A stretch of 64,000 bases of DNA from Candidatus Bathyarchaeota archaeon. GTDB taxonomy: Archaea; Thermoproteota; Bathyarchaeia; Bathyarchaeales; Bathycorpusculaceae. A program made the position numbers and the translations under genes. Below are positions 55,646-64,000 of this stretch, piece after piece (within the stretch, counting starts at the first letter, position 1; every line of letters begins with the position of its first letter). The DNA lies in the NCBI GenBank assembly GCA_963832745.1, contig CAWHVC010000005.1, positions 224,001-288,000 on the forward strand. Reading direction: 5' to 3'. Under the pieces are notes generated by a model. It was not told where the DNA came from and did not search any database. It saw only the letters and a program-made list of their open reading frames with translations.

Positions 55646-58600
55646 TTAATTGTTGGCTGTTACTGACACTACGGGTGGATGTTCAACCAGTATCCATAGT
55701 CCAGTCGGCGTGGAACCATCCATTTTGTATATGGGTGTTGTACCATCAAATGTTGCTACAGCTCCACTCCAAGTAATATCTAAAGCAGAACGGAAAGAAA
55801 CAGCAGCTAAATCCACGGGTGATAACTCTATGGTTTTGGCGTTTTGATTTACGTTCAGGGCTCCTGTTGCAGTGCCAGCCATTTGGTCGAAAGCGTAAAG
55901 TTGCTGGTTAGCGTTATCAGTGAACATTATGCCGGTGCCTTTTGTTCCATCAGCGGTTATACATTGGCTCCAATGATGGGCAGTCCAACCGTTTATAGTA
56001 TCATTTGAGAAGGTTCCGCTGCCGCTTTGAACTATCGGGAAACTTTCTGATGTATCGTCTTCCGTTTGAATCTGCACTGAAGAAAGTGAAGTACTCACTA
56101 ACAGGGGGCACATGTCAGTTAAGGTTCTTTGTTGCGAGGAATCTATGAACATAAATCTTAACTGGTAAGTGTAGTATGAAGCGTTTGCAGGTAAAGTTAG
56201 CACTATGCTTGCGTAAAGGTCGGGTGAATTATCTGCTCCACCACTCCATTCAGCTTCTTGCTGCACTACATCACGAACTACGCCATGATAGATAACGTAT
56301 GCTTGTCCTGCCCCATATGTGCTGTTTTCTCTGTTAATACGCATGAATGTTGTTGTGCTTGAAGAACCGCCAGCTGTTGAGGTTACTTTGAAAACGTCAG
56401 AGTTATAGATTGAATCGTGAACTATTTCTATGCCCAAACTTAAAATTCCGTTTGTCAGCACACCGCGTGTTGAAGTTACTGTTGGATTATCACCCGTAAA
56501 GTATTTGTTAGTGTAAGCAAGGGGCGTCTGTACTGCTTCATCAGTGCCGTTCCACCAAATAGTGAATTCTGATACTTTATTGGTTAACAGGAAAACAATC
56601 ATTTGCCGGTTACTGAAAACAGTAGAGTTGCTGGTTAAACCTAAAGGCAATTGATAATTGGATGACCAGTCTTCGATTTGGAAAGGAACCTCCTTATTTA
56701 CGCCATTTATTGTTTCATTAACATGGATATCCTTCACTGGAATTGGCGGTATAGGCATCGTTTGACTGGTTATTTCCAAATTTTGGCCTAACCAACGGAT
56801 TGTGCCGTTTTGTAGAAACTCAACAGTAAATGTGGAATCTTCGAGGCTGCCAATCAAGTCGATATCGGATTGAGGCGCTAAAAATACTGAGTCAATGTTC
56901 CAACTATCTTGAACTGCATCAAAAGATTCAGAGGCTCCAACAAAGCGTATAGTTAAAGTTGAGGAGCTAATGTAGGACGTCATGGAAATATTGTTAAAAC
57001 AGTTAGGCACAAGTGTTAGCAGATTATGCCATGAACCACCTTGCCAGACTTGGACAATCAGGCTTTCGGAAGCACTTAAATCGCCAGTTTTTATACACAA
57101 GTTTTGCCGGTTAGAAGCAACATTTACCCATTGTTCTTCCAGTGAAAGCACATAGTTGGTTGCGGCAGTGCTATATTGAACAAGGTCTAAACTTAAATCA
57201 AAAGGTGTAGAAGCTGATTTTACAGCAGTGACACGTATTTTCCAGTTTCCGTTAGCATCACGGTATTGAGTCGGGTTATTTGTTATCTCCTGTGACAACG
57301 TTACATCTGAAGTGCCAACAGTGCCTGAAACGTTGCCGGGTCCGCTTGATGAGTAACTGGAAGTTTGATAATTCCAAAGTTGCATAGTCACGCTTACGCC
57401 TGAAATAGATGCGTGTGCATCCATAAGCCACGTTAACGCGGACCAGGATTGTAGGTTAGAGTTTCCTGTAAATTCAAATTGGCAAGTGCATTGAGTGGCT
57501 TGTCCGTAGTTCTTGTAGGCTAAAGCAAAGCATTCATAGCTTGAACTGCTGCTTGTAGTGATAACTTCATTGCTATTGTCAAGTACAATAAAGCTTGAAC
57601 CGATCCACTTTATTGTTACAATAGCGCTTTTGCTATCCATTATTGCACCTAATATTTTTGTGTCGCCACTTACTGAACGTGGGTTTGTGCTTAATTGTAC
57701 CCAGTAATGATTAGTATTGCTTGTACTGGCAAATGTTTGACTGCCCCAGCTTGAACCCGTAAATGCCTTGTAGTCAATTCGTCCTTTGCTTGTACCCCAT
57801 ACAAGTAAACCTTTACTGCCAGTAGGTTCCCAAGCAAAATCCGCACACTGCTGGCTACTAGAATCAACGCTAGTGTCATGTTCTTCAACATTCCATGAAC
57901 CTGACCCAGAATAGTAGATAGTATTCAAATCAGAGGAACCATCAACACTAACCAGCATCATCTTGTTTGATGAAGGATCAGCTTTCAAAGTGCACCAGTA
58001 GGGTGTTGCATATATGTTTGGATTAGTTTTTGATGAACTCCAGTAACCGCCGTTTTGGCTTCTAATAGAGTATGATTTTGATGATGAACTGGACCCAACG
58101 GCAGTCCATGCGGTGCCAGATTGAGTTTCGTATGCAACTGCAATACATTCTCGGCTAGTAGTTGAAACGCTTGATTCTAACTCTCGCATTGTTCCCCAAG
58201 AGTTACCGTTCCAGACCCAACCGTTAGCGTCACTGTTTGTACCGTCTAAGCCGATAAGTGTGACTTCGTTGCTTCCAGCGACAGGATTTGAAGCTAATGC
58301 TATCCAGTAGTATTGAGCATCATTTGATTGACTGGTATCATCAAGGTATTGTTCAGAAGACCAGTCTGAAAGAGGTGACCAAGTTCGGTAAGCCAAATCT
58401 CGTCCAGAGTTACTTGAGTATACACCATAGACAAGCAGTACATCACCAGTCGTTTTTTCGTAAGCAACATCGAAACTTCGATAGTTTTCGGCAGTTGATC
58501 CAACATAGCCAATGTTGTTTGTCGTACTCCAAGAATTACCGTTCCATATGAATGCGTCCAAGTAACCGTCATCTGAAAGGGTTACAACTACTTTTTCAAA

Positions 58601-59818
58601 GCTACGAGATTCAACTGGGCAGTAAACGGTACGGACAAATCGTATGTTGCTTCCAGAAGAAGGCAAACTATCTTCAGAACCCCATGAGGCGCTATCGCCT
58701 GTCCAAGTGCGTTCATTAGCTACTGTTGAACCGTCACTTGAAGAACGATAAGCTATTGAGGCGTCTGTTTTTGAAGTTGTTGATGAAGAGGAAATGTATG
58801 ATTGGAAAGTTACGTATGAATGGTCAGCACTTGTTAAGCGGGATATGTCTCCGGAAGTAATTGTGGTTGAACCAAGCAATGTGCGAGTTAACGGGTAATA
58901 AGGAGTTGAACTTGACCCAGATACATCTTCTCTGAGCACATCATAAACGCTGTCAGGTGGACTCTGTTGGGCAACAAAACTGCTGTGTGTACCAATATTG
59001 GATTGGCTGTCAACGTTTGAAATGTCGTTATCAATATAGTCGAATCCTTGATTTACTTCAGTTTTGTTCCAATTTATTGTGCCGGTCATTTTGCTAAAGG
59101 ATGAAGCAACTACCATTAAGCCGCGGGTGTCTTCAACTTGCACAACGTAAGAAGAGTTCATTCCTGAAGGCAAATCCAGCATGTAGCGTCCATCCATGTA
59201 AGTTGTGGGGGCGGTAACTAAGTCAGTTAGGTGCCAACTTGAGTTAGTGAATACGTACTTGTAAAACTTGAAGTTTGATTGTCCCAAGTTAACTAATGGT
59301 TCGCCGTCACTTGAAACGCTAAGCAAAGCTTTGTTTACGTCTTGAGTGCTTAAAACTTCAACGTCAAGACGACTTGAAGCTGAATAGGTCAACCCTGTTA
59401 TGCCTAAACCGCCTAGATCGTAACGGATTGTAAAGTTTCCTATGCTGTTGCTGATGTTGGAATACCAGTTTGTCCTAATATCCAAATTAACAATAGTAAA
59501 AGAGGGGCTTAAGTCTGGTCGAATATCAGCAATGTTATCTAAACCACTACTTAAGTAGTTTGAAGCAAGACTCTTAGCGTAAGATGTGTTACCGGTAACC
59601 TGCAAGACTGAACCATAGTAGCCAACGGTGAATCCTAAAATTCTTTTCAGCGCCAAGTTTATTTCGTCCACAGTGCTTAAAGTTTGAGGAGTTTCTGATT
59701 GGGAAGCATAACGTATAGAGGAATATGTTGTTATGACTGCTGCGACGAGAACGACCGCAACAAGCATAGCGGCGATAATAGAAAATTGCCCTTTACGGTT
59801 TAAACGGAAATTTTTCAT
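55646..59818 (-). CDS. Giant pilin-like protein / putative adhesin (1390 aa)
   Basis: RKG|QFSIIAAMLVAVV class III signal; central Trp/Ser-rich WNGNSW repeats. Confidence 0.75.
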   Translation of the reverse strand: MKNFRLNRKGQFSIIAAMLVAVVLVAAVITTYSSIRYASQSETPQTLSTVDEINLALKRILGFTVGYYGSVLQVTGNTSYAKSLASNYLSSGLDNIADIRPDLSPSFTIVNLDIRTNWYSNISNSIGNFTIRYDLGGLGITGLTYSASSRLDVEVLSTQDVNKALLSVSSDGEPLVNLGQSNFKFYKYVFTNSSWHLTDLVTAPTTYMDGRYMLDLPSGMNSSYVVQVEDTRGLMVVASSFSKMTGTINWNKTEVNQGFDYIDNDISNVDSQSNIGTHSSFVAQQSPPDSVYDVLREDVSGSSSTPYYPLTRTLLGSTTITSGDISRLTSADHSYVTFQSYISSSSTTSKTDASIAYRSSSDGSTVANERTWTGDSASWGSEDSLPSSGSNIRFVRTVYCPVESRSFEKVVVTLSDDGYLDAFIWNGNSWSTTNNIGYVGSTAENYRSFDVAYEKTTGDVLLVYGVYSSNSGRDLAYRTWSPLSDWSSEQYLDDTSQSNDAQYYWIALASNPVAGSNEVTLIGLDGTNSDANGWVWNGNSWGTMRELESSVSTTSRECIAVAYETQSGTAWTAVGSSSSSKSYSIRSQNGGYWSSSKTNPNIYATPYWCTLKADPSSNKMMLVSVDGSSDLNTIYYSGSGSWNVEEHDTSVDSSSQQCADFAWEPTGSKGLLVWGTSKGRIDYKAFTGSSWGSQTFASTSNTNHYWVQLSTNPRSVSGDTKILGAIMDSKSAIVTIKWIGSSFIVLDNSNEVITTSSSSSYECFALAYKNYGQATQCTCQFEFTGNSNLQSWSALTWLMDAHASISGVSVTMQLWNYQTSSYSSSGPGNVSGTVGTSDVTLSQEITNNPTQYRDANGNWKIRVTAVKSASTPFDLSLDLVQYSTAATNYVLSLEEQWVNVASNRQNLCIKTGDLSASESLIVQVWQGGSWHNLLTLVPNCFNNISMTSYISSSTLTIRFVGASESFDAVQDSWNIDSVFLAPQSDIDLIGSLEDSTFTVEFLQNGTIRWLGQNLEITSQTMPIPPIPVKDIHVNETINGVNKEVPFQIEDWSSNYQLPLGLTSNSTVFSNRQMIVFLLTNKVSEFTIWWNGTDEAVQTPLAYTNKYFTGDNPTVTSTRGVLTNGILSLGIEIVHDSIYNSDVFKVTSTAGGSSSTTTFMRINRENSTYGAGQAYVIYHGVVRDVVQQEAEWSGGADNSPDLYASIVLTLPANASYYTYQLRFMFIDSSQQRTLTDMCPLLVSTSLSSVQIQTEDDTSESFPIVQSGSGTFSNDTINGWTAHHWSQCITADGTKGTGIMFTDNANQQLYAFDQMAGTATGALNVNQNAKTIELSPVDLAAVSFRSALDITWSGAVATFDGTTPIYKMDGSTPTGLWILVEHPPVVSVTANN

Positions 59819-61120
59819 TTAGGCGCCTCCTAACAGGCCAAGCTGCAAAATAAGTACTCTTGAAGAGTTTGATGCTGTATATTCTGAACGATAAAGCCGT
59901 GGATGATAATAAGATAACAGACTGATTGCGGTAACTCTAACGTCTGGAATGCGGGTTAAACCTAAAGCCAAAAAGGACCCGTGGATTGTGGTGGTGCCAT
60001 GGGTGTAAATAGTGCCAGGATTATATCCGGATTTGGGGTCAAACACGTTTAAGCCTATGTCAAGATTGTATGTTTCGCATATGCTATCGCTGAGGGCTCT
60101 TGTTGAAGTCTGATAAGTAGAGGGGTAAATGCCATAATAGTTGCATGCGTCAATGGCTTTTGAGGAAAGAACAACTTGACGGTTTACGCTGTCACTTATT
60201 GCATCACCTGAAGTGCTGTAGGGTTGGTTATCTAAGCCTTTAAGAAAAGCAATTGAACCGACACCGCCAGTTTGTTGCATGCCATAGATTCCCCAGTTGT
60301 TCTGGCTGCCTGACAACGCATTAGTATTGCTCACGTAATAGAACGGGTAACCTACAATGCTGCACCAGGTCCAATTGTATTGGTTGACTTTTTGTCCTAA
60401 AGAGTAGGAGTAACGTGCATAGTTGTCAGTAGAGTAGGTTGAGTCACAATAAGCAGTAGGAATGGGAACGGCTTCACCATAAGTGTTAATGATAACCGCG
60501 TTTTGGACAACTTCACCTTGTAAAGAGTGCCCCTCAAGTATCCGTGCAAGCTGAGCAGTATTCTGCACCATTACAGTGTTAACGAAATAAGGCGATAACA
60601 TATTGTAGAGGTCTTGAGCTAAGCTTTGTGCTGTGTAACCCGTAATCCACCAACCGTTAGCGTCACTGCAATTCAAAATGTACAAGGTGCCACCGTTGGC
60701 TTGACCAATTTTTTCAGGTGTCACGTTAAAAGTTACGTTTGAAGAAGCAACCAGATATGATGATGCGTCAGAGGTGATGCCAAGGTTTTCTGCGTTAGAA
60801 ATACTTTTAATGTTAGTATAAAGCTGTGTTCCGCTAGTACCACCGACGCCGTAAAGCGTCAAATTGTAAACGACGTTGGGAGGCAAAACCGCGGATAGCG
60901 CCACCTGAAGATTACTCCAAGCTGTCGCGTTGCTTACGTCAAAGGCCGCCATGCTCAAGTCGTTATTTGAATCTAACGTTTGCATGGTTGTTAAAGATAA
61001 ACGGCGTAGGTTAACAGGTGAAACTTGTCGTGGCCAAGGTAAAACAGCAAAGTAGGATGCTGCTATGAATGCTCCGCTAAGGATGACTATTACGAATATG
61101 ACTTCAATTGTACGCATCAT
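59819..61120 (-). CDS. Minor pilin-like protein
   Basis: MMRTIEVIFVIVIL N-terminal helix; located in the pilus operon. Confidence 0.65.
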   Translation of the reverse strand: MMRTIEVIFVIVILSGAFIAASYFAVLPWPRQVSPVNLRRLSLTTMQTLDSNNDLSMAAFDVSNATAWSNLQVALSAVLPPNVVYNLTLYGVGGTSGTQLYTNIKSISNAENLGITSDASSYLVASSNVTFNVTPEKIGQANGGTLYILNCSDANGWWITGYTAQSLAQDLYNMLSPYFVNTVMVQNTAQLARILEGHSLQGEVVQNAVIINTYGEAVPIPTAYCDSTYSTDNYARYSYSLGQKVNQYNWTWCSIVGYPFYYVSNTNALSGSQNNWGIYGMQQTGGVGSIAFLKGLDNQPYSTSGDAISDSVNRQVVLSSKAIDACNYYGIYPSTYQTSTRALSDSICETYNLDIGLNVFDPKSGYNPGTIYTHGTTTIHGSFLALGLTRIPDVRVTAISLLSYYHPRLYRSEYTASNSSRVLILQLGLLGGA

Positions 61121-62340
61121 TATTCAATCACCTGATATCCTTGATAGCTCCAAACAGAAATTTTCGCTTGATATGCCACTCCACCAATGGTAACTTGCCG
61201 CATATCAGTTGAAACCCATTCAACATTGGCTGGGTTGCCACCGAAAACTATGGGGTTAGAAAGAGCGTTTAAACCCCAAGACATTAAGATAAAGCCGCCT
61301 GTGGTAGAGGTTGTATTGTAACCTATAATCAGGATGGCTGGTTCGTTGGAAAGGGAAACTTGGCTATAGGGGTTGCCAACTTCTGCCTGTAATGTTCCAG
61401 TAACGTTTACCTGTAAATGCTGCAACGAGAAATCTTCAGAGTTGAAGTTAACAAGTGTTGTATTGAAAGTTACAGGATCAACTGGTCCGCCTTCAACGTC
61501 AGCACTGTGGGCTAAAATTATTTGTTGAGTTGATAAATCATCAATTAAAGGTACAACATGGGCTGTTGCTTCTGCATTGTGGACTTTGTAGCCTACGCCG
61601 TTAAGACCGCTCAGGTGAACTGAAGCTATGAAAGCGTAGGTTTGGCTACTTCGCACTTTTGAGAAAGAAATTGTAGCTGAACCCGTATTGTCAGTTGTTA
61701 TTGTACCATTTAAGACTGAAAAAGAAGGATACTGATTATAGCTGTCTAAGTGAAGTTCAAACAATTTATAGTCAACGAAGGCATTGGCGAGTGGAAAACC
61801 TGTGCCATCCACATGAACAACTAAAGTTAATGGTTCAATACCAATGGAAGAGCTTACCACAGAAACTGTAAGCACAGGTGTTAAAGTAAGTTGGAAACCG
61901 TATGTGCCGTTAATGCCTAATAGTTTTTGGACAGCAGAATAATTCACCGCTAAAGAATGCGGCATAAGCAAGTAACCATCCGAAGTAGCACTTAAATTAT
62001 TGTAGTACATTCCTGCATGGTCATCATACTTTGCATAGTAAATGGATGAACCAGAAGCATCCAAACGCATCAATGAGTACGAGTCAAGCTTGTACTGGGT
62101 AAACTCGGGGTCTTGAAGACCAAATCCAGTCGGAAAATCGCTGCTAGTACCCCAAGTAGACGGCGCACCCGGATTAAGCAATATACTGTCCAAAATATCG
62201 CTGGCTTTAGTTGCAGTTGCACGGTGGTTTTGGTAAACAACAGCCGTTTGGATAGTTTGGTTAAAGAGTCCAATAAAGAGCAGAGTTGCAACTACAAAGA
62301 TTGTTAAAGCAACCATGTGGTCGATTGATGAGCTTACCAT
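61120..62340 (-). CDS. Minor pilin-like protein
   Basis: SSIDHMVALTIF N-terminal helix; PGAPSTW motif. Confidence 0.65.
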   Translation of the reverse strand: MVSSSIDHMVALTIFVVATLLFIGLFNQTIQTAVVYQNHRATATKASDILDSILLNPGAPSTWGTSSDFPTGFGLQDPEFTQYKLDSYSLMRLDASGSSIYYAKYDDHAGMYYNNLSATSDGYLLMPHSLAVNYSAVQKLLGINGTYGFQLTLTPVLTVSVVSSSIGIEPLTLVVHVDGTGFPLANAFVDYKLFELHLDSYNQYPSFSVLNGTITTDNTGSATISFSKVRSSQTYAFIASVHLSGLNGVGYKVHNAEATAHVVPLIDDLSTQQIILAHSADVEGGPVDPVTFNTTLVNFNSEDFSLQHLQVNVTGTLQAEVGNPYSQVSLSNEPAILIIGYNTTSTTGGFILMSWGLNALSNPIVFGGNPANVEWVSTDMRQVTIGGVAYQAKISVWSYQGYQVIE

Positions 62341-62351
62341 TACTTGTTCTC

Positions 62352-62834
62352 CTAAGACGTGAAATACAGGTTAATTGTTGAATTGACTAGTTTTTCGGCC
62401 ACTATACTGGCATAGTTAGAATTGCTTACTAAAACGCTGGAACTGTTCCAGTTGACGCTCGTCCCTAGAATAACTGAGGTGGATGTTTGAATTTGGGTGC
62501 CATCAAGAGTCAGAGTTAGGTCAAGAATACGCGTAGAAGTATCCACTGAGTCCAAAGATGCCCGTAACGTGCCATTTGCAGTATACGTGTGACCATCAAT
62601 AAATTTAGGCAAATTCAAACTATCAGTAACAACTACTGAAGAAATTGTGTCGTGACCTAAAGTTGTGTATAACTGCATTATGGAACTGCCCAAGTTGCTT
62701 GCTATCTCTTGGAGCTGCAATGTCTCTCGTGAAACATTCCAGTTGTTCATAATTAAACTGGCTGTGTATGGAAAAAGGAAAATCTGCAAAATCAACAACG
62801 GAATCATAATCATGTATTCGATAGTGATGTGCAT
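62352..62834 (-). CDS. Minor pilin-like protein
   Basis: MHITIEYMIMIPLLI N-terminal helix. Confidence 0.65.
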   Translation of the reverse strand: MHITIEYMIMIPLLILQIFLFPYTASLIMNNWNVSRETLQLQEIASNLGSSIMQLYTTLGHDTISSVVVTDSLNLPKFIDGHTYTANGTLRASLDSVDTSTRILDLTLTLDGTQIQTSTSVILGTSVNWNSSSVLVSNSNYASIVAEKLVNSTINLYFTS

Positions 62835-62846
62835 GCTTTTTTCCTC

Positions 62847-63722
62847 TTATGTTTCTCCTAATCCGACAGTTATTTTGCCAATGTATAATTCAACTACAGA
62901 GTTTGCTGGCAAGGGTATGATCTGACTTTCAGTTGAGAATTGGAAGAAGTCAGAGTCAAAACCGTTTGTAGAAATGGGGGAACCGTTTGGGAAAGCAACG
63001 GTTATACGGACTTGACTTATGCCGCTTACTATCACTTTCTCTATGTCTGTGCCTGTTAAACTGACAGCTTGAGAAAGATACGGGCTTGCGCTAGCTCTTA
63101 CGAGTGTTGGCAAATAGAATTTGTAGTAATTTGTTGTTACATCTGCCGAACCAGTGATTGAAGAGTTAAGCATACGAATTGAGGGTACAGCTACGATTCT
63201 AGTGTAATTGCCGTCACGCATGGGCAGTTTTTCGATGCAGTACACGGAAGTTACTGGGGCAGAGGGACCTGACTGGACAAATGCACCGTCATCAGAAGAT
63301 AACCGTTCAAAGTAACCATTACCCATGGTGTACATGGTTACTGGAAGAGTAAACATTATCATGCCAGTTTCGTTTGCTGAAAGCACAGACCATTCATGGC
63401 CATTGTAAACCTCAAAAGTGTAATTTAACGCAAGCGACTGAAACTGCATATTACCATAACTCGTAGTGTATCTTACTGTTTGGGTTCTTCCAATAGTCCA
63501 TGCAATGTCGTCAATTTGAAGACCAGTTGTAAGCATAAACTGTTTGTTGGCGCTGAACTCGTTTTCAGCCATACGTCGATTCAAGTAACCACTAGCATAA
63601 AACATTGCGACAAGTATTACAACGATTGTTGTAGCAGTAAGGATAACAGTGGAGATGGCAGGGCTGACTGCCTTTTTGTTTTTTAGCAGATTTTTTTGGG
63701 TTTGTGGTTTAAAGGGCGGCAT
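62847..63722 (-). CDS. Pilin-like protein with class III signal peptide
   Basis: KKA|VSPAISTVILTATTIVVI. Confidence 0.8.
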   Translation of the reverse strand: MPPFKPQTQKNLLKNKKAVSPAISTVILTATTIVVILVAMFYASGYLNRRMAENEFSANKQFMLTTGLQIDDIAWTIGRTQTVRYTTSYGNMQFQSLALNYTFEVYNGHEWSVLSANETGMIMFTLPVTMYTMGNGYFERLSSDDGAFVQSGPSAPVTSVYCIEKLPMRDGNYTRIVAVPSIRMLNSSITGSADVTTNYYKFYLPTLVRASASPYLSQAVSLTGTDIEKVIVSGISQVRITVAFPNGSPISTNGFDSDFFQFSTESQIIPLPANSVVELYIGKITVGLGET

Positions 63723-63739
63723 TTCTTGTTTTTCTCCAC

Positions 63740-64000
63740 TTAGATGTTTATGAAAAGAGGCACGAGTTTGGCTGCAAGCAAGGATATAATGACTAGTATG
63801 GTTGCGTGTTTGAATCCTGAAGCTACTGATTCATCACTGATTTTTCCTGCCACAATGCCGATGAGGTAACTGTTGAAAATGACTGATGCCATGAAGATCG
63901 TGCGTACTTGGCTTAAATCTTGAGTTGGCTGTGTTCCTGTAACACCTACTAGCAGAGTGCCAGACGTGAAACTTAGCATCATAACGGTTGTTGCGACCAG
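63740..64000 (-). CDS. TadC/PilC-like (T2SS F) membrane platform protein, 3' end
   Basis: GIVAGKISDESVASGFKH C-terminal motif; upstream of the pilins. Confidence 0.8.
   Translation of the reverse strand: MVATTVMMLSFTSGTLLVGVTGTQPTQDLSQVRTIFMASVIFNSYLIGIVAGKISDESVASGFKHATILVIISLLAAKLVPLFINI

Noticed and set aside
55121-64000. Locus as an archaellum operon
   Set aside because: No recognisable arlB/F/G/H genes in the window; the content fits a type IV pilus.

Overview
Archaeal chromosomal window, most likely Bathyarchaeia. This assignment is inferred from the gene mix: DGGGP synthase, TFB, split tRNA-splicing endonuclease, a CdvA-like protein, PQQ/NosD surface proteins, and very frequent TTG starts. 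Most of it is housekeeping (glyS, hisS, valS, glnA, class II HMG-CoA reductase, mtnA, glmM/glmU, NOP2/NIP7, tRNA-Lys). These genes are interspersed with secreted surface proteins, and the window ends in a type IV pilus-like locus with prepilin peptidase. No integrase, transposase or CRISPR array was seen. The most notable signals are non-coding or concern translation: (1) a complete TPP riboswitch whose 3' end contains the likely Shine-Dalgarno (SD) of a thiT-AIRS operon; (2) a family of at least 7 dispersed, modular intergenic repeats; (3) genes that appear to start at ACG or CTG behind good SD sequences, including the prepilin peptidase; (4) a GTCAA-N6-TTGAC palindrome next to the promoters of three surface-protein genes; (5) a strand-specific 77-nt RNA hairpin; (6) three genes with single-base frameshifts just after their starts. 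All calls were made by eye, without database searches.
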